Of a DNA stretch of 64,000 bases, positions 1 to 9,469 are shown piece after piece. A model generated the notes under the pieces. It was not told the DNA's origin. It saw only the letters and a list, made by a program, of their open reading frames with translations, and searched no databases. The DNA is taken from the NCBI GenBank assembly GCA_020184695.1, contig JAANOX010000136.1:1-64000 (forward strand), written 5' to 3'. A program made the translations under genes and the position numbers. Origin of the DNA: Histomonas meleagridis 2922-C6/04-290x (Eukaryota > Protista > Parabasalia). Position 1 is the stretch's first letter, and each line of letters opens with the position of its first letter.

Positions 1-138
1 ACTTAACGTAAATTGACCAAGATTGAAAAAAGTGACGGGGAATAAAACGATTAAATGCTTTGTTTAATTCAAATTTGAATTGATATATCGGTTCTTTTTT
101 CCTAAAAATCGTTAAGAATTGAAATTGTCAATTTCCAC

Positions 139-2262
139 ATGAGACCAAATGAACATTGCGACTGGGGAACACTTCTATCAATAAGCCAAGCAATTTTTGG
201 TTTGAATGAAGAGAATTTCTCAAAATCTTTGTTAAATAATCAACAAATTGACGAAATCCATCCTTTATCTTATGATTTCATGAATATTCAAAGGATGTAT
301 TATTCCTTTGTGATTAAAAATAATAACGAAGATTTATTTTTGAATATTATTAAAGAAATAAGAATATTTGAAGATAGTAATAAAATCAAATCAAATATAT
401 TTGGTGTGTTTGGGCGATTTCTTAATGATATTAATACAAATGAATCATCTTATCTTCTTGAAGCTATGATTGAACATAATTTTCTTGAACCAAATATTGT
501 AAAAAACAACCAGAGTGCTTATTTTGTGCATTATATGTCTAAAGATAAATTAGCAATCTATTTAAGGGAAAATGATTTTGTAAATTATGAAGAACTTTCA
601 AAGAATGATTGGGAATTACATAAGAAATTAATTAGTGAAGGACATAATCCGAATGAAATTTCGAAAAATAATTCGAAATGATAAAATAGAAAAACTTCAA
701 GAAATATCATCACAAACAAATTTTTGATTTCGATCAATCATATTGAGCCATCACTTTATGAAAGATGTTCTTTTATTAACAAGAAAAAAGTTTCATTAAT
801 TGATTATGCTGCATTTTTTGGATCTATTAAATGTTTTAAATATTTACTTGTAAATGGTGCAAATGTAGAAAACACAGGTAAATATGCTGTTGCAGGTGGA
901 AATGAAGAAATTATTCATTTATGTGAACAAAATCATTCGTCATTTGAATATGCATATGAAACAGCAATTTTGTTTCATCGAAATGATATCTTTAAATATC
1001 TTTGTGATTTTAAATTAAAAAGAAATTAATAATTTAGAAGAATTAGGAAGACATTGTTTTTTATATCATAATTATGAAATATTTTCATTTTTACTTAAAG
1101 AAGGAATGAAAATCAATGATGATATTATTGATGAAGCAGCAATGATTGGAAATATTTTTTTAGTTGAATAAAAAAATAAAGAGCATTCAAAACCGCATGA
1201 TATATTTCTATTTTCAGAAGGATCAGGAAACAAGGAACTTGTTAAATATATTTTAAAACAAAAAGGAATTGATATTAATGCTAAAAATATTTATTTGTTT
1301 TATTTAAAATATATTTTAATAATGTAAAATTTTAAAATAATATTTGAAAATTATTTAAATTATATGAAACAGCACTTATGTTTGCATCTTCAAATGGTCA
1401 TACAGAAATAGTTAAATTACTTCTTGAACAAGAAGGAATTGATATTAATGCTAAAAATATTTATTTGTTTTATTTAAAATTTATTTAAATAATTTTATAT
1501 TTTGAAATAATATATGGAATTTATTTAAATTATCTGAAACAGCACTTATTTGGGCATCTTCAATATGGTCATACAGAACTAGTTAAATCATTTCTTGAAG
1601 AAGAAGTAATTGATGTTAAAGCTAAAGATAATTATTTGTTTAATTTAAAATTTATTTATATAATTTTATATTTCAAAATAATATTTGGGAATTATTTAAA
1701 TTATTTGAAACAGCACTTTTACGTGCATTAGAAAATGAACATTTTGAAATAGTTGAATTACTTCTTGAACAAAAAGGAATTGATATTAATGCTAAAAATA
1801 TTTATTTGTTTTATTTAAAATTTATTTAAATAATTTTATATTTTGAAATAATATATGGAATTTATTTAAATTATCTGAAACAGCACTTATTTGGGCATCT
1901 TCAAATGGTCATACAGAAATAGTTAAATCACTTCTTGAACAAAAAAGGAATTGATGTTAATGCTAAAAATATTTATTTGTTTTATTTAAAATTTATTTTA
2001 GTAATTTTATATTTCAAAATAATATTTGGAAATTATTTAAATTATTTCAAACAGCACTTATGATAGCATCTAAATCAGAAATAGTTAAATTACTTCTTGA
2101 ACAAAAAGGAATTGATATTAATGCTAAAAATATTTATTTGTTTTGTTTAAAATATATTTTAATAATGTAAAATTTTAAAATAATATTTGAAAATTATTTA
2201 AATTATATGAAACAGCACTTATGTTAGCATCTTTTAATGGTCATACAGAAATAATTAAATAA
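139..2262 (+). pseudogene. DUF3447/ankyrin-repeat gene with several frameshifts and six 68-nt intervening sequences in the C-terminal ankyrin array
   Basis: ORFs 139-681 and 724-1029 are consecutive pieces of the same family as 23356-24441 (SLIDYAAFFGSIKCFKYLL motif). Ankyrin exons (ETALMFASSNGHTEIVKLLLEQEGIDINAKNI) continue to TAA at 2260-2262. Frameshifts lie near 665, 721, 1561 and 1945, mostly in homopolymers, so sequencing error is possible. Confidence 0.8.
1292..2202 (+). other. Six 68-nt non-GT-AG intervening sequences: 1292-1359, 1462-1529, 1633-1700, 1803-1870, 1974-2041, 2135-2202
   Basis: Counted by hand. Each follows a D/N-I/N dipeptide, starts TATTTG, ends TTTAAA and precedes TTA-(TAT/TCT/TTT)-(GAA/CAA)-ACA-GCA. 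Exons between them are 93-103 nt, giving a period of about 170 bp. Confidence 0.75.
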
Positions 2263-3115
2263 ATTCTGATTAATTTCCACATAATAACTGATAATAAAGA
2301 TTTGAATAAAAAGGTACTAACCGAATTTAAAGGTACTAATACCTTTTGCACTTATTCGTCACTTTTTATTTCGAAAAATGATGAAATCAAGCGATGCATT
2401 CAATACACATGCAATTCCAATTGATGAATTTAAGAAACGACTAAAGGGAACTATTTTAAGCGATGTAGATATAAGGGCATTATTAAGAAATCCGGAATTT
2501 CAATCATTACAATTTCGAAATGACCAGGTACTCTTTCTCCGTGAATATTGTGATGTGTGTCATATTTTGCTTAACAACAAAAAACTTGAAGAAATATTCG
2601 ATGTAAGTCATGGGGTTATAGCAAATATTAGAAAAAAAGCAGAAAATGCAAAAAATGAATTAGGTCGCCCCAGAATTTTTAATGATGAAGAAGAAATTCA
2701 AATAATTGAGTATATAATTGAAATGGCAGAAAAAACGAATTACTAACGAAACAAGAATTATTGCTGTACATAAAGACAAAATTTGGCAAAGAAGTTACAA
2801 AAGGATGGCTTGCTGGTATTTGAGAATTACAAAGATCAAATTGGATTCACCAAAGCTATTCCTCAAGAGAACACAAGATTGAATGTGCCTAGAGAATTTC
2901 TAGATAAGCACATTTAAAAGAAAAAGAAATATGTTGTTGGGAAAGCAGCCGAACTGGTTTCTAACATAGATGAAATGGGTACAAGCGAATGGGAAGATAA
3001 AAAGATAAAATCGGTTATAGCACCAAGAAATATGTGTCAAGCACCTATTATGGGACTAGTAAAACGTTCAATTAGGCATCAAACATTAATTTCTTGTATT
3101 AGCGCATCAGGTGAT

Positions 3116-3450
3116 ATATTAATGTTTAATTAATGATAATCATTATATATCATTGTTTATTAATGTTTAATGAAAGAAATGATTATAAATCATTGAATAT
3201 TAATGTTTAATTAATGATAATCATTATATATCATTGTTTATTATTGTTGAATAAAGAAATCATTATCATTCATTGTTTATTAATGTTTAATAAAACAAAT
3301 CATTAAACTTCATTGTTTATTATTGCTTTATAGAGTAAATCATTATTATTCATATTTTATTGATGTTTAAATCAACAAATCATTAATATTCTTTGTTTAT
3401 TATTGTTTAATAAAACAAATCATTATAATTCATTATTTATCAATGATTGT
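3116..3450. repeat. Imperfect 40-bp minisatellite, about 8 copies
   Basis: CATTGTTTAT-like unit starts at 3151, 3191, 3232, 3271, 3311, 3351, 3391 and 3431. Confidence 0.8.
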
Positions 3451-3620
3451 AAATAATGTTTTTCATAAATTATTGTCATTTAATGCGTATTGAAGAATAT
3501 ATTTTGTAGCTCATTGTTTGTCAATGCTTAATGTATATAATTATCCTTATTTATTGATTATTCATTTAAATTATTTTGTTTTACAATGTCATTTTTTATT
3601 TGTTCAGAATTTATTGTGGC

Positions 3621-3808
3621 AAAAATGTAAAGTATTGAAATTATAATTGAATGAAATTATTTCTTCACAATTCCCACTTTTTGAACATGAATTCAATAAT
3701 GCATAATGGACATCAAAAATGTAAAGTATTGAAATTATAATTGAATGAAATTATTTCTTCACAATTCCCACTTTTTGAACATGAATTCAATAATGCATAA
3801 TGGACATC
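3621..3808. repeat. Exact 94-bp tandem duplication
   Basis: 3621-3714 is repeated at 3715-3808. Confidence 0.9.
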
Positions 3809-4870
3809 AAAAACATTTGCTAATAACACAATATACATTTTGTATTTTGGCAAAAAAAGAATACAGTAATATGTTTTAACATATGGAGAATTCGATTATA
3901 CTATTTATTTTAAAATATTTTATGATTATTTTCAAAATCGTTTTTTTCCACGAATACTCATTATTATTTAATTCTATACTATTCATGAATAATTATATTG
4001 ATATAGTTCTTACTATTGTTAAAATTATTTTATTTTGTTGAGCTTTATTTTTTCGAAATTTTTTTTATCCAAAATTTTGGAAAAATGAGACGGTTATTTT
4101 ACATCGAATTCAAAAAGTCGAAAATTGTGGGAATAACCGTCCAAAAGTGGGTATGTTTTGGGTATGCTACCCAGACTCTCGTTATAACATTTCCTCCGCA
4201 TAAATCTAACCTTTTTCAAATGCTTGATTTGGTGATATATGGTGCGCTTAAATATGTTAAAAAAGTTCTCACATCAAAACAAATTTTGAATGATGTTGTA
4301 GCATTAGCTGAAAAGGTTCGAAATTCATTCAAGTTTTCTGAGATCTGGAATATAAATTTCGATAAATCCAATTTATCACAAAGAAGATTAAACACGAACT
4401 GGGGTTTTATTAACAAAGAATACTTACCAGAAGGTATCTTTGAGTAAACACCAAAAATTTAAAAAATATTGAAAATTTAATGAAAAAAATGAAAAAAATT
4501 AAAATTTGAAAAAGTGCGCATAACATCTCACCTGATCAAATTCTCAAGCTTAAAATTTATTCATAATAATTAAATTGCATATATTTTATATATTTACTAA
4601 ACATTTTTTTTTATATTTAGTCTATCAAAAGATATTTTAATTTTTTTTATGTTAATTTCTGAAAAAGTGCAAAAGGGGTTAGTACCTTTAAATTCGGTTA
4701 GTACCTTTTTATTCAAATATGTACTTGAATTAAAACTATAATTCAAATCCAATACAATGATAAATCCATTAGTTCCTTCAAGGTGAGATTCTTTCCATTT
4801 TGGATATTTAAATATGTAAATACAAAAATTCGAAATAAAAAATCAGATTTATGTAAATAAAGAAAACAAA

Positions 4871-6997
4871 TCATACAATTCCCTTTGTTCCCGCTCCTTT
4901 GAAGAATTTATCTCTTATTTCATTCTTAATCATATCTCTGTATTGTTGGAATGTTCCATTGAATTTCTGAATTGTCTTATCTTTACAGACATAAATTTCC
5001 GATGCGATCATATTAGCGAAGTGTTGATCGTGGGTAATTGCGATTATTGCACCTGTATATCGTTTCAATGCCAATGCGAGTGCTTCAATTGAATCCATAT
5101 CCAAGTTATTTGTAACTTCATCCAACATCAAAATATGTGGACTCATCATTGCGCAAGAAGCGAGTACCACTCTTGTCTTTTGTCCACCACTTAATGATTG
5201 GATTGGTTGAAGTGATTGGGCCCCCCCAATTCCAAACCGTCCCAGGGTGGCCCTGATCTCTGCTATGGGGTGCTCCGTCTTATACAACGATAGCATGTAT
5301 TGTAAAGGCGTTATTTTATAGTCAAGTTGATCTACATGATGTTGACTAAAGTGAGCAACACGTAAGTTACCCACCATTTGATAAAACCCTGTTTGAGGTT
5401 TTAATTTTCCCATCAGTAAATTAATTAATGTAGTTTTTCCAGCACCATTAGGACCGACAATTACAGCACGTGTATCCCTCTTAACAATGAAATTAAGATG
5501 TTCGAAAATCGGCTTTTCAGGTACATATGCAAATGAACAATCTTCCATAACAATAAGTTGTTCTTGTGCGGCAATTGATGACATTGAGAAATCGAAACGA
5601 ATTGGCGGATCGCGTTTGATTGGCTTAATGATTTCCATTTTCTCAATTGCTTTCAGACGCGATTGCGCAAGTTGCGCTGTCTTAGCTTTGACGCCAAGTC
5701 GACGCACGAAGTCCATTTTATGATCAATGACTTTCTTTTGTGCTTCTGCTTGCTCTTCTAAAAGTCTGCATCTATTTTCGAATTGTTCTGCGAATGAACT
5801 ATAATTTCCTTTATACACTTCGAGTGTTTTATCCTTTAAATGTATAATATGTGTACAAACATTATCAAGAAAAACTCGATCATGTGAAATTACAACAAGA
5901 ATTTGATCATCACAGCTCTTGGTAAGAAATTCTTCTAACCAACAAACAGAAGGTGCATCAAGATGACCTGTGGGCTCATCGAGAAGAAGGACATCTGGTG
6001 ATATGTAAAGTGCTTGTGCTAATGAAACACGCATACGAAAACCACCAGACAAATTTGTAAGTGGTGAATTAAGTTGTTCTTGTGAAAAGCCAAGTGCCGT
6101 AAGAATCATTGATGCACGTGGTACAGCTTCATCAGCTCCAATAGAGGCAAGTCTATCATTGATCTTAGTAATGAGTTGTGGATCTGCGTCATCTGAATTG
6201 GTAACCTTTTCAAGTTCTTCTAAAAGTTCGGTACGTTCGATATCTGTTTCTAGAACCGTTTGGAGAACGGTTTTGTCACTTATCGGAGCTTCTTGTTCAA
6301 CATGGATAATAAGAAGATCATCTGGAACACCACGTACAAGCGATGAGTTAATATATTTCATAAGTGTGGTCTTGCCAAGGCCATTACGACCAACTAATCC
6401 ATAGCGATTTCCTGGACTGAGAGTAAGAGAAGCATCTTCAATGAGCGTAAGTGGACCAATGCTGACATTAATTGGTGTAAGAGCAAGATGACGTGGATGA
6501 CGAACTTCTGGGCGACGGAATCCCATTCCATGTTTGAATTGTGCATTTTCTTCCTCATTTTGTTTAAGTTTACGCTTGCAATCAGCATCAAGGGTGGCTT
6601 CCTCTTTCTTGAGGTTCCTTGCATAATATTTGGTTTCAATGTTATCTTCAAATGAAGGAACATGTCCAACTTCTTGAATTGATAAACGAGCCATTGCAAG
6701 GCGTTCTTCATCAAATGGATCTGCTGCATTATCTTGCATTAAAGCTGACATGATAATTGGTGTATTCATTTCTTCAACAGGTTTTTCGATAGGAGGATCT
6801 TTAAGGTGGAACAAATCTGCCGCAAGCTCATTAGCATCTTCTTCTGATTCAACAATTCCACCAATATCAAGAAGCATTGGTGCAGCTACAGATACAAAAT
6901 CTTCTTCTGTTTCTGAAAATTCAGCAACCTCTTTGATGTATTCTGAGAGTGATTCATCTTCTATAAGTTCGGAGAGAGCACTTGTAAGTCTTTCCAT
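4871..6997 (-). CDS. ABC-F family soluble ATPase (ABCF3/GCN20-like)
   Basis: Two ABC cassettes (GRNGLGKTT / LSGGFRMR / LLLDEPT and GPNGAGKTT / LSGGQKTR / MLDEVT) with no TM domain; 708 aa. Confidence 0.92.
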   Translation of the reverse strand: MERLTSALSELIEDESLSEYIKEVAEFSETEEDFVSVAAPMLLDIGGIVESEEDANELAADLFHLKDPPIEKPVEEMNTPIIMSALMQDNAADPFDEERLAMARLSIQEVGHVPSFEDNIETKYYARNLKKEEATLDADCKRKLKQNEEENAQFKHGMGFRRPEVRHPRHLALTPINVSIGPLTLIEDASLTLSPGNRYGLVGRNGLGKTTLMKYINSSLVRGVPDDLLIIHVEQEAPISDKTVLQTVLETDIERTELLEELEKVTNSDDADPQLITKINDRLASIGADEAVPRASMILTALGFSQEQLNSPLTNLSGGFRMRVSLAQALYISPDVLLLDEPTGHLDAPSVCWLEEFLTKSCDDQILVVISHDRVFLDNVCTHIIHLKDKTLEVYKGNYSSFAEQFENRCRLLEEQAEAQKKVIDHKMDFVRRLGVKAKTAQLAQSRLKAIEKMEIIKPIKRDPPIRFDFSMSSIAAQEQLIVMEDCSFAYVPEKPIFEHLNFIVKRDTRAVIVGPNGAGKTTLINLLMGKLKPQTGFYQMVGNLRVAHFSQHHVDQLDYKITPLQYMLSLYKTEHPIAEIRATLGRFGIGGAQSLQPIQSLSGGQKTRVVLASCAMMSPHILMLDEVTNNLDMDSIEALALALKRYTGAIIAITHDQHFANMIASEIYVCKDKTIQKFNGTFQQYRDMIKNEIRDKFFKGAGTKGIV

Positions 6998-7625
6998 TAA
7001 TAAAATTTTGGTTCGGCCATTTGGAAACGGTTTTTTTCAACAAAAAATGTTTTCGAAAACACATCTCAAATAAACCCAAAATTGAACAGAATTTTTGAAT
7101 GATGCATTCATTTATTCTTCACAATTTGGTGGTGTTTATAAAAAAGTGAAATGAGTCACCACTTGGAAATTTCGCTGAAAAAATCTGATGTCATGTTATT
7201 AGTGACAGAAGTGATTTAAAGAATCATACTTCTTTAAAAATCTATCGCAAACAATGAGTATTCTAAAGAATTACAAAACGAATTTTAATAACCAAAGTGA
7301 ACGTATATGAAGATTTGATGATATAATTAATTTATACATCTTAAATTTAAATTTGCATATATGATTTTATCATTCCATTTCTAAAAAAAAATTAAACATG
7401 ATATGTTTATAGTATGAACACTAATCTTAAATGTCCACTAAATGTACAAAATTAACAAAATATTTTAAACAATTTAAAGAATATGATCTTTCAGATATTT
7501 TTTTTATAAACATTTAATAATTTAAATAATTGCACATGTCAAAAATCAATTTCTTTCTCCCATGAAAAAAAAGAAGGTTTTCCGTATCGACGTGTATAAG
7601 ATGCAATCATGCGTGCTGTTTCAAA

Positions 7626-9133
7626 TTATTTAAATAATTACCAAATATTATTTTATCATATTAAATTTTTTAAATAAGCATTAAATAAACGAAAAAAATA
7701 TTCATAGCGTTAACATCAATTCCTTTTTGTATAAGTAACTTTTTAATTTCACCATAACCATATCTGGATGCATACATTAGTGCCGTAAAAAATAATTTTT
7801 GCAAATACCAAATATTATTTTGAATTCCAAAATTATTAAATCAATTTTTAAATGTAGTATATAAATATCTCTAGTATTAATATCAAATCCTTGTTTTATA
7901 AGGAGCTTAATCACTTGTAAGCAATTAAACTTAGATGCCCAAAAAAATGCAATTTTAGAAAATTAAATGAAATTTTAAATACATAATTTATAACATACAA
8001 CAAAATAATTAAATATCTTCAGAATCAATTCTAATTCTTTTTTGTATAAAGATCCATTTTACTACTATAGGGTTTCCATTTTTAAGAAGTTCAAGAAAAA
8101 GTTCTTTTTTAAGAAAACTTCCATCAAAAAAGATTAATATAAATGGAAGATTATCTGCTCTGATTGATGTATATTGAAGTGAATAATTCATTTTTGTTAG
8201 CCTTTCTTTTTCTAAAAAAGACAAAATTTCATAATTAATGTATTTTAAACAATAATTTCCTAATTCAGTTTGTATATCTTTATTAATAATTTTTTTTCTT
8301 TCTTCAACTTTTCCAAGTTTCTTTTCATAAAAGTAATAAAAAACATCGTTTTTATGATATTGAATTGCCGTCTTTAATACTTCATCATATATCATTTCCC
8401 AAAATATACCAATATCTTGTTCACACAAATGAATAATTTCCAGATTTCCTCCAGCAACTGCAAATTGTAATGTGTTATAAGGTTTTACTTCATTAAGTAA
8501 TAAAAATTTAAAACATTTAATTGAGCCAAAAAATGCTGCATAATCAATTAATGAAGCATATAAAGATGGCATATTCCATCTTTTACAAAGTTCTTGATCA
8601 ATTATTTGTTTAAACTTAAAGTCATTTTGTGATGAAATTTCTTGTAACTCATCTAAATTATCTTTTCGAAGAATTTTTAATAAATTTGTATCATTTTTAA
8701 TTTCGTTATTCATTTTATTTATATATTTCATAAGCTTTGGTGGTATCATTTCGAGTTTCCACATTTCTTTAAGGAGACATTCTGATTTTAATGTATTTAT
8801 TCGAGAAAGATATATAATTAGAACTTTCAACAATTTTGAATAATTTAAATTATTAACATTTGTTAATAAATTTAAAAATGAGATGTATAAACTCGCATTA
8901 TTATTTTTTGTAAAATAAGACATACAAATAAATTGAGAAATATAAAATTCATAAAGATATGGACAATTTGGATTACCTTCCATCAACTTTGAAATTTGTT
9001 GAGCTGTTGACTCAAGATTATATTTATTTAAATTTAAAAACAAATTTTCAATTGCAACAATTTCTTCTGTTACAAATTTTGTGTTTTGCGGTGGTGGAGG
9101 TGGAGGCGGTGGAGGAGATGGTGGAATCGTCAT
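7626..9133 (-). CDS. DUF3447/ankyrin protein with N-terminal poly-Pro tract, extended by three intervening sequences (7963-8011, 7796-7863, 7629-7696)
   Basis: ORF 8009-9181, likely start MTIPPSPPPP at 9133, with the SLIDYAAFFGSIKCFKFLL motif. Beyond the apparent stop are two in-frame 99-nt ankyrin exons (7864-7962, 7697-7795). Confidence 0.7.
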
Positions 9134-9469
9134 TTTGATTTTTGAAAAGTGGCTATTTTTAAACCTAAGAAATGATATCACATTTCGTTAACTAAATCAT
9201 TAGTGATATTTCTTCACTTGAAGCGTAATTCATAAAATAAAATAAATTTTTGTGTTTAAAACTTTTTTATCAATAAATTTGAAGAATTAAATCATTTTTT
9301 TTTAAAATAAATGAGCCAAAATTTTCAGGAACAAAAAATAAAAATGGAGAACAATTTAATTCTATATGTTATCAATTTAAACATAAACAAGTTGAAACTT
9401 AAAATTCGACTTAATTGCAAAAGGAACATCACTCAGTAACTCAATACAAAAAATCAAACATAAATAAAT

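Larger units (their letters stand above)
2378..4447 (+). pseudogene. DDE_1 family transposase remnant
   Basis: HTH-like GRPRIFNDEEE, then frameshifted GWL..., NIDEMG (first catalytic D) and TLISCISASGD. After about 1 kb of non-coding DNA comes FPPHKSNLFQMLDLVIYGALK, the DDE_1 PPHxSHxxQPLD motif. Contains stops and frameshifts. Confidence 0.8.
2300..4718 (+). mobile_element. Decayed pogo/Tigger-like (DDE_1) DNA transposon with about 54-bp terminal inverted repeats
   Basis: Left TIR ATTTGAATAAAAAGGTACTAACCGAATTTAAAGGTACTAAtaCCTTTTGCACTT (2300-2353) matches the reverse complement of 4665-4718 with 2 mismatches. Each TIR has an internal AAGGTACTAA direct sub-repeat. No clean TSD is seen. Confidence 0.85.

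Noticed and set aside
1292-1359. Ciliate-style TA-bounded IES, or matched-codon ribosome hop
   Set aside because: Keeping one TA gives an out-of-frame join. A TAT-to-TAT hop fits only some copies, since others have TCT or TTT at the landing site. Bypass by another rule is not excluded.
1289-1370. U12-type AT-AC intron reading of the inserts (AT after the Asn codon to AC of the Thr codon)
   Set aside because: Removing 82 nt breaks the frame, there is no ATATCCTT 5' site, and the AC is simply the conserved Thr codon.
1262-2262. CRISPR-like repeat/spacer array
   Set aside because: The period is 170 bp, both parts are homologous between units, one part encodes ankyrin repeats, and the context is eukaryotic with no cas genes.
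4016-4140. N-terminal part of the 143-aa ORF as a real protein
   Set aside because: It is AT-rich filler that happens to be in frame. Only the part from about VITFPPH onward is transposase-like.
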